Shown piece after piece: positions 53,826-60,131 of a stretch of DNA of 60,131 nt (its first letter is position 1; the number at the start of each line of letters is the position of its first letter). The translations under genes were made by a program, and so were the position numbers. The stretch is from Patescibacteria group bacterium (GTDB lineage: Bacteria; Patescibacteriota; Minisyncoccia; Phycocordibacterales; CSBR16-119). The notes below the pieces were generated by a model. It was not told the DNA's origin. It searched no databases and saw only the letters and a list, made by a program, of their open reading frames with translations. The stretch covers positions 1 through 60,131 of the forward strand of contig JAUPTX010000003.1 in the NCBI GenBank assembly GCA_030917865.1, in the 5' to 3' direction.

Positions 53826-55928
53826 ATGAAACAAAAAGAATATTCAATAGAAATTGGTGGTAAGAAAATAACCGCTATTTTTTCTGATTTGGTAGATCAG
53901 GCAAATTCGGTGATTATGGCTTGTGGCGGAACACGCGTTCTTGTCACAGCTGTAATGTCAAAAGAAAAAAGCCAGACCGATTGGTTTAATCTAACTGTGG
54001 ACTATATTGAGAAGTTTTATGCTTCTGGAAAAATCGGCGGTGGAAGATTTATGAAAAGAGAAGGCAAGCCGACAGATGAGGCGATACTTGCTGGGCGTGT
54101 TATAGATAGAACACTTCGTCCGCTTTTTAACCAACAAATGGAATACGGTGTGCAAATAATCGCAACAGTTTTGGCGATGGACGAGTCTGTTGATCCGGGT
54201 ATTTTGGCGGTGAATGGTGCTTCACTAGCACTCGATATTTCAGAAATCCCTTGGGCTGGACCTGTTGGCGCAGTTAGACTTATTTCAAAAGACGGAGAAA
54301 ATCTTTGGAATCCTTCACAAAAGAAAAGAGTGGAAGGGTTTGACTACGATTTAATAGTTTGCGGAAAAGAAGGAAAGATAAATATGATTGAGGCTGTTGC
54401 TTATCAAACACCGGAAGATAAAATCGCTGCTGCTTTAGGTGAAGCAGAGGTGGAAATTAGCAAGCTTGAAAATTGGCAAAAAGAAATTCGTGCTGAAATC
54501 GGCAAAGAAAAGAAAGTGTTAGAGATAGGGTCTGTATCAAAAGAAGCACTTGATATTTTTGAAGAAAAAATCAGACCAAATTTTATGTCACATGCGATGA
54601 CAAAAACTCCTGGAAAAGAAAAAATGGAAGAACTTAAAAAGGTATGGAAAGATTTACTTAAAGAAAATTTTAGAGAGCAAGAAAGCTTTAAAAAAGAAGT
54701 TGATTATTTTGAAAGCGAGCTTGATCTTTTTATTCACAATCAAGCAATCGATGCGAATATGCGAGCTGACGGCCGAGCAATGGACGAGCTTCGTGAGATA
54801 TATTCAAAGGCAGGAGGATTTTCTGAGGTTCTTCACGGGTCTGGGATATTCTACAGAGGGCAGACTCATATTTTCACAGCGCTGACACTCGGTGGACCAG
54901 AAGATATGCAGATAATAGACGGCATGGAGGTGGAAGAAAACAAGCACTTTATGCATCATTACAATTTTCCACCTTTTTCTGTGGGAGAAATGGGCCGTGC
55001 CGGGTTTGTGAACAGAAGAGAAGTTGGGCACGGGGCCTTAGCTGAAAAAGCTTTAGAGGTTGTTTTGCCAAGTAAACTAGAATTCCCATACACAATACGT
55101 TTGGTTTCTGAGGCGATGGCATCAAATGGTTCGACATCACAGGCTTCTATTTGTGCATCCACTTTAGCGTTGATGGATGGTGGTGTACCGATCAAAGCTC
55201 CTGTTGCGGGTATTGCAATGGGTCTTATGTATAGAGATGAAAATAAATATAAAGTTCTAACTGATATTCAAGGTCCAGAAGATCATTATGGAGATATGGA
55301 CTTTAAAGTTGCTGGAACAAAGAATGGTTTGACCGCAATACAGCTCGATGTAAAAGTTGAAGGTGTTTCTCTTAAAATTTTAACAGAAGCTATGATGCAA
55401 AGTTTATCTGCAAGAAGCAAAATTTTAGAATCTATAACAAAAGAGATTGCAGAGCCAAGAAAAGATATTTCTCCTTTTGCGCCAAAAATCGTTGTGACGA
55501 AAATAAATCCAGATTCTATCGGCAAAGTTATCGGTTCTGGTGGAAAAACTATAAATGAAATCAGAGAAAAGACTAAAACAGAAATAACTATCGAAGATGA
55601 CGGAACTGTGTTTATAACAGGAAAAGACAAAGGGCCAGAAGAGGCAAAATTGATAATAGAAAATATGACTCACGAATGGAAGATAGGCGATGTTACGAGC
55701 GGAGAGGTGACAGGTATGAAAGAATTTGGAGCTTTTGTGAAGCTGACGAATGGACAAGAGGGAATGGTTCATATTTCTGAAATTGCACCTTTTAGAGTAG
55801 AGAAAGTTGAAGAGGTTTTGAAGATTGGACAGATTGTTCCTGTGAAAGTGATAAAAAATGAAATGGGAAAACTAGGGCTTTCTATTAAAGAAGCGGATAA
55901 AGATTTTGTTAAAAATCCAAAAGGTTAA
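53826..55928 (+). CDS. pnp: Polyribonucleotide nucleotidyltransferase (PNPase)
   Basis: GGRFMKREGKP, RVIDRTLRPLF, RREVGHG, SNGSTS, GDMDFKVAGT, KH and S1 domains. Confidence 0.98.
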   Translation: MKQKEYSIEIGGKKITAIFSDLVDQANSVIMACGGTRVLVTAVMSKEKSQTDWFNLTVDYIEKFYASGKIGGGRFMKREGKPTDEAILAGRVIDRTLRPLFNQQMEYGVQIIATVLAMDESVDPGILAVNGASLALDISEIPWAGPVGAVRLISKDGENLWNPSQKKRVEGFDYDLIVCGKEGKINMIEAVAYQTPEDKIAAALGEAEVEISKLENWQKEIRAEIGKEKKVLEIGSVSKEALDIFEEKIRPNFMSHAMTKTPGKEKMEELKKVWKDLLKENFREQESFKKEVDYFESELDLFIHNQAIDANMRADGRAMDELREIYSKAGGFSEVLHGSGIFYRGQTHIFTALTLGGPEDMQIIDGMEVEENKHFMHHYNFPPFSVGEMGRAGFVNRREVGHGALAEKALEVVLPSKLEFPYTIRLVSEAMASNGSTSQASICASTLALMDGGVPIKAPVAGIAMGLMYRDENKYKVLTDIQGPEDHYGDMDFKVAGTKNGLTAIQLDVKVEGVSLKILTEAMMQSLSARSKILESITKEIAEPRKDISPFAPKIVVTKINPDSIGKVIGSGGKTINEIREKTKTEITIEDDGTVFITGKDKGPEEAKLIIENMTHEWKIGDVTSGEVTGMKEFGAFVKLTNGQEGMVHISEIAPFRVEKVEEVLKIGQIVPVKVIKNEMGKLGLSIKEADKDFVKNPKG

Positions 55929-55946
55929 AATTGGGGTGTGCAAACG

Positions 55947-55979
55947 AAAAAGACCGGGCGCGAAGCGCCCGGCCTTTTT
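55947..55979. terminator. REP-like hairpin, pnp terminator
   Basis: aaaaagaccgggcgc-gaa-gcgcccggcctttttc. Confidence 0.75.
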
Positions 55980-56028
55980 CGTTGACAAAACACTAAATAT
56001 GAATAATATATATCGAGTATTGTTCTTT

Positions 56029-56101
56029 GCCGCGGTAGCTCAGTTGGTAGAGCACGTCACCGATAATGACGAGGTCGCAGGTTCGAGTCCTGCCCATGGC
56101 A
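56029..56101 (+). tRNA. tRNA-Ile(GAT) with C33 and one acceptor-stem mismatch
   Basis: Cloverleaf; CGTCA-CCGATAA-TGACG. Confidence 0.88.
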
Positions 56102-56122
56102 CGAAACCGCAAGGTTTCAAAA

Positions 56123-56217
56123 GGGGGTATAGCTCAGTTGGTTAGAGCGAGATATCTACAAGGGTCATAACTTTGTATGTTCTGTCTAGGTCGGTGGTTC
56201 AATTCCACCTACTCCCA
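56123..56217 (+). tRNA. Atypical 95-nt tRNA gene with a 21-nt insert in the anticodon arm (CAT in the apical loop, or an intron-containing TAC)
   Basis: Intact acceptor stem GGGGGTA/TACTCCC, D arm GCTC/GAGC, T arm GGTGG-TTCAATT-CCACC; AGATA/TGTCT closes a 28-nt segment. Confidence 0.7.
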
Positions 56218-56286
56218 CGAAGCCCGTCTGCACTGCAGGCGGGCTTTTTCATTTTGTTTTTTTGAAAGCGTGGTAAAATTATTTTA

Positions 56287-57228
56287 ATGGAACTCGACAA
56301 AGAGAGAGAAATTTTAAAAGAAGAGCTAGAGAAAACAACAGGCGTTGTTTCTTCTTCTTCATCTTCTAAAGAGCCTTCAAAAAAAGTTGGTGTTGGTATT
56401 CGAACATATTCTGCAGATATTGCAGATATTATGCGACGAGAAAAAGGTTCTATAATTAAAATCGCACTCGCTGAGCAGGCAAGACAAAAAGAAGGAAAAG
56501 AATCAAGAGACCCAACCTCTACCAGAAATATAATAATTATATTTATAGGAATTGCTTTTATTGTTTCTGGAATAATGATTTTTATATATACTGCTTTGGA
56601 TAAGCAGACATCTAATAATGCAGTTGTTATGGCGCCTATTGTGCCTGGTCTTATTTATACAGAAAACCAAACTCAAACAGATATAACAAATTTAACAAGA
56701 GGAAATCTTTTTAACACAATTTCAAATTCATCAGATGCTTCTTTCGCGGAAAATAAAACAATGGTGAATATTTTTTTGACAAACGCTAGTTCTCTAAGAA
56801 GTCAGATCTCTGTATTAGTTTTTTTTGATAAACTTGGAATTAAAATTCCTGAAAATTTAAAAGCTTCTTTGACTGGTGAGTTTATGTTGGGATCTTTCAA
56901 GGTCGAAGATAAAGGAAATTTGTTTTTGATTTTAAAAGTAAAAGATTACAATGAATCTTTTGTTGCTATGAAGGATTGGGAGGTTTCTATGGCAAACGAT
57001 TTGGTGCGTTTGTTTAAAATAAATCCTCAGTCTTTTACAGGAGATATATTTTTGTTGCCTTTTAGAGACAGGGTTTTATATAACAAAGAGATGAGAGGGC
57101 TTTATGATGAAGACGGAAGACTCGTTGTATCATATACCTATATAGATAGAAATACGATAATAATAACTTCACACACGCCTTCGGTTGAAGAAATAATAAA
57201 AAGAATTAATTCACAAAGTATTAGATAA
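56287..57228 (+). CDS. Hypothetical membrane-anchored protein
   Basis: 313 aa; RTYSADIA..M motif, single TM at about aa 80-103. Confidence 0.6.
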   Translation: MELDKEREILKEELEKTTGVVSSSSSSKEPSKKVGVGIRTYSADIADIMRREKGSIIKIALAEQARQKEGKESRDPTSTRNIIIIFIGIAFIVSGIMIFIYTALDKQTSNNAVVMAPIVPGLIYTENQTQTDITNLTRGNLFNTISNSSDASFAENKTMVNIFLTNASSLRSQISVLVFFDKLGIKIPENLKASLTGEFMLGSFKVEDKGNLFLILKVKDYNESFVAMKDWEVSMANDLVRLFKINPQSFTGDIFLLPFRDRVLYNKEMRGLYDEDGRLVVSYTYIDRNTIIITSHTPSVEEIIKRINSQSIR

Positions 57229-57244
57229 TTAGTAAAATATAAAT

Positions 57245-57610
57245 ATGAAAGATTTAAACAAATACAAAGGAATGCTTTTAGAAGAAAGAGCGAAACTAGA
57301 GAAAGAGCTTTCTGATCTTGGGATAATGGATCCAGAAACAGGTGATTGGGGTGCGTATCAAAGCGAGGCTGGCGAAGCCAATGTTTCTGATAAAAACGAC
57401 GCTGCTGATTTTGACGAAGATTTTTTAACCAGAGCAAACACTTTGGGGGAAATAGAAAAAAGATATATTGATGTTAAAAACGCTTTAGCGAAAATAGAGC
57501 GAGCAGATGGAAGTTTTGGAAAGTGTGAGGTTTCAGGAAAAGATATTGAAGAAGATAGATTAGACGCGAATCCTGCTGCTAGAGCTTGTAAAGAGCATAT
57601 GAATAATTAA
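57245..57610 (+). CDS. TraR/DksA family protein with a degenerate zinc site
   Basis: Coiled coil with D.AADFDE, AL.KIE..DGSFGKCEVSG..I...RL.ANPAARACKEH. Confidence 0.88.
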   Translation: MKDLNKYKGMLLEERAKLEKELSDLGIMDPETGDWGAYQSEAGEANVSDKNDAADFDEDFLTRANTLGEIEKRYIDVKNALAKIERADGSFGKCEVSGKDIEEDRLDANPAARACKEHMNN

Positions 57611-57696
57611 CAAAAAACCCGAAAGGGTTTTTTGTTTTTGCACATTTTATTTTTTAAAAAAGTAAAAAATAAAAAAGTTTTGATAAAATAAAAGCA

Positions 57697-59196
57697 ATGT
57701 CATTTTCAAGAGTATATTCAGCTCAGGTAAATGTTTTAGACGGAGAGCTTATAACAATAGAAACAGATATTTCTAAAGGTCTGCATAATTTTTCTATTGT
57801 CGGGCTTCCAGATAAATCTGTTGAAGAAGCTCGTGATCGTGTTGGTTCTGCGATTAAAAATTCAGGATTTACTTCTCCTAAACAAACAAATCAAAAAATA
57901 GTCGTTTCGCTTTCGCCGGCAAATCTTAAAAAAGAAGGTTCATATTTTGACCTTGGGATTGCTCTAGGGTATTTACTTTCTGCTGGAGATTTGAAATTTA
58001 ATCCAGACAAAAAAGCTTTTATCGGAGAGCTTTCTTTAAACGGAGATATAAAGCCAGTGAAAGGAATTCTTCCTTTGGTGAAAAGTTTAAAGTCGGCTGG
58101 CTTTGAAGAAGTTTTTGTGCCATTTGAAAACAAAGAAGAAGCCGCTTTGATAGATGGAATAAAAATTTTTCCAGCTAAAAATTTAATAGAAGTTATAAAG
58201 CACTTAAAGGAAGAAGATACTTTTTGTTTATCAACACAGCCGCTAACGGAAATTTTGATTGAGAATAATTTTGCTCATAATGATTTTTCAGATATAAGGG
58301 GTCAGGAAAATGTTAAAAGAGCACTACTGATCGCCGCCGCTGGTGGTCACAATATCGCAATGTATGGTCCGCCTGGAACCGGCAAGACAATGCTCGCAAG
58401 AGCCTTTTCTGGGATACTTCCACCTCTTTCAAAAGAAGATATTTTAGAAGTGACGGGTATACATAGTGTGGCAGGAACTTTGCGTGGCGCTCTCATCACA
58501 TCTGTTCCATTCAGAAGCCCGCACAACACTTCGAGCTACGTTTCTGTTATTGGTGGTGGCGCCATACCAAAACCTGGCGAGGTAACGCTTGCTCACAAAG
58601 GAGTTTTGTTTTTAGATGAATTTCCAGAATTCGATAGACGAGTTTTAGAATCTTTAAGACAGCCTCTTGAGGATAAAGTGGTGCATATTTCTAGGTCAAA
58701 AGGTACAGCAGTTTTTCCAACTAATTTTATTTTAATCGCAGCGATGAACCCACCGGACGATAACGCCACCGCTTCAGATATTGTGCGATTCAAAAGAAAA
58801 ATATCAGGACCGATAATGGATAGAATCGATATTTGGATAGATGTTCCTAAAATAGATTATGAGCTTTTAAGTCAAAAAGAAAAAAGCGGAAAAACAAGTG
58901 AGGAGTTAAGAAAAGAAATTTTAAGAGCACGCAAAAAACAAGAAGAAAGATTCGCCGGGTCTTTGGTGCGAACAAATAGTGCGATGTCTGTTAGAGATTT
59001 GGATAAAACAGTTGTGTTAAAAGAAGAGGTAAAAAAGATTTTAAATATGTCAGCAGAAAAGCTCGGACTTTCGCCAAGAGCTTATCATCGAATAATAAAA
59101 CTTTCTAGAACGATTGCAGACTTAGAAGATTCAAAAGAAATTGAAACAAAACATGTGTTAGAAGCTCTTGCTTATAGGCCAAAAGATGAGTTTTAG
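57697..59196 (+). CDS. comM: YifB/ComM Mg-chelatase-like AAA+ helicase
   Basis: IVGLPDKSVEEARDRV, NLKKEGSYFDL, GPPGTGKTM, PFRSPH, HKGVLFLDE, AAMNP. Confidence 0.95.
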   Translation: MSFSRVYSAQVNVLDGELITIETDISKGLHNFSIVGLPDKSVEEARDRVGSAIKNSGFTSPKQTNQKIVVSLSPANLKKEGSYFDLGIALGYLLSAGDLKFNPDKKAFIGELSLNGDIKPVKGILPLVKSLKSAGFEEVFVPFENKEEAALIDGIKIFPAKNLIEVIKHLKEEDTFCLSTQPLTEILIENNFAHNDFSDIRGQENVKRALLIAAAGGHNIAMYGPPGTGKTMLARAFSGILPPLSKEDILEVTGIHSVAGTLRGALITSVPFRSPHNTSSYVSVIGGGAIPKPGEVTLAHKGVLFLDEFPEFDRRVLESLRQPLEDKVVHISRSKGTAVFPTNFILIAAMNPPDDNATASDIVRFKRKISGPIMDRIDIWIDVPKIDYELLSQKEKSGKTSEELRKEILRARKKQEERFAGSLVRTNSAMSVRDLDKTVVLKEEVKKILNMSAEKLGLSPRAYHRIIKLSRTIADLEDSKEIETKHVLEALAYRPKDEF

Positions 59197-59240
59197 TAAA
59201 AACAAAAGAGCCGCGCCCTCTGGGCGCGGCTATTTTGTTT

Positions 59241-60131
59241 TTACCAAACTGGTGTTTTCATTGGGCCTTTCTTTCCTCGATACTCGATGTGTAAGTGTGG
59301 ACCTGTTGAACGTCCTGTGTTTCCAACTTCTCCAATTTTTTCTCCTTGTGCAACTGTTTGACCTTGGGTTACATCTATTTTGCTCATGTGTGCGTATAAA
59401 ACATTTGCTCGTCCATCGTCTATGATCACCATGTTTCCGTATCCACCACTCCATCCGTATCTTACAGCGATAACTCTTCCGGCAGATGAAGCAACAATAT
59501 CTGTTCCTTCTGGAGCGGCCAAGTCTTGAGCTTGGTATGGTCCGTGGAAACCTTGGCTTTTAACTGATCCTCTTGGTACTGGGTGAGTATAGAATCCTGC
59601 TGGATAACTAGACCCTGTTGCACTAGAAGATTTAGGGGTTGTTGTTTTAGATGCGGTGCTTGAAGATTTAGGCTTTGTTGTTTCTTTTTTAGGTTCTTCT
59701 ACTACAGGCAATGCTTCTGCGTTAGGAATTATAATCTCTGATCCAATAGCTAAAGTGCCGTCTGTAGAAATATCGTTAAATAGGGCAATGTCCATTTCGT
59801 CACTGTTCCATTTTTTGGCAACACTAGAAAGAGTATCGCCTTTTTCTACTTTATACAAAACACCATCAACTGGAAGAATTAGAAGTTCTTGTCCCGGTTT
59901 TAGGTCGCTATCTTTTCTAATATTGTTAAAACCTCTGATTGTGCTGACTTTTACGTCAAACATTTCGGCTATTTCAGAAAGACTGTCTCCTTCGCGTACG
60001 ACATATACGCTAATCTGGTCTGACCCAGAAACTATAACAGAGTTACTGTTTTCAACACCAAAAGCACTTGCAAGTAGGGCGTTGTCTTCTATTAGAATTT
60101 CTCCACCACCTGTTCCTGTAGCGTTTGGTTG
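59241..60131 (-). CDS. LysM + M23 metallopeptidase (5' partial; frame stays open to the window edge)
   Basis: YVVREGDSLSEIA and YKVEKGDTLSSVA LysM motifs; H....D (HGPYQAQD), YAH, GPHLH. Confidence 0.92.
   Translation of the reverse strand, partial: QPNATGTGGGEILIEDNALLASAFGVENSNSVIVSGSDQISVYVVREGDSLSEIAEMFDVKVSTIRGFNNIRKDSDLKPGQELLILPVDGVLYKVEKGDTLSSVAKKWNSDEMDIALFNDISTDGTLAIGSEIIIPNAEALPVVEEPKKETTKPKSSSTASKTTTPKSSSATGSSYPAGFYTHPVPRGSVKSQGFHGPYQAQDLAAPEGTDIVASSAGRVIAVRYGWSGGYGNMVIIDDGRANVLYAHMSKIDVTQGQTVAQGEKIGEVGNTGRSTGPHLHIEYRGKKGPMKTPVW

Noticed and set aside
1-60131. Alternative genetic code (TGA=Gly, code 25)
   Set aside because: Long conserved genes are intact under code 11, and TGA ends some ORFs just before terminators (e.g. 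32203, 50712).

Overview
AT-rich bacterial chromosome window, most likely from a Patescibacteria/CPR (Parcubacteria-like) genome. This is inferred from compact genes, shortened PolA/HolA/YebC/Jag, few obvious Shine-Dalgarno sites, CPR-type hypothetical proteins and type IV pilus/competence genes. It is read in code 11 and spans the replication origin: dnaN-dnaA / rpmH-rnpA-yidD-yidC-jag, with DnaA boxes on both sides of dnaA and a parS cluster about 5 kb away that lies partly inside yraN. Gene orientation flips around dnaA. Most of the window is housekeeping (ruvA/B/C/X, polA, mutM, xth, tyrS, PBP1A, rny, pnp, cca, HU, a Xer-type recombinase, comM). It carries 12 canonical tRNA genes and a probable 6S RNA. 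I saw no rRNA, CRISPR array, prophage or transposase. The most unusual signals are non-coding: (i) a 95-nt tRNA-shaped gene with a 21-nt insert in its anticodon arm; (ii) four tRNA genes (Ser, Lys, Pro, Gly) flanked by partial self-duplications around hairpin-rich inserts; (iii) an unassigned promoter- and terminator-bounded structured RNA candidate at about 19.2-19.5 kb; (iv) a dispersed CGCGAAGCG-tipped hairpin family; (v) solitary, G+C-richer orphan genes, each with its own consensus promoter and terminator. All family assignments come from motif recognition by eye; no database searches were run.
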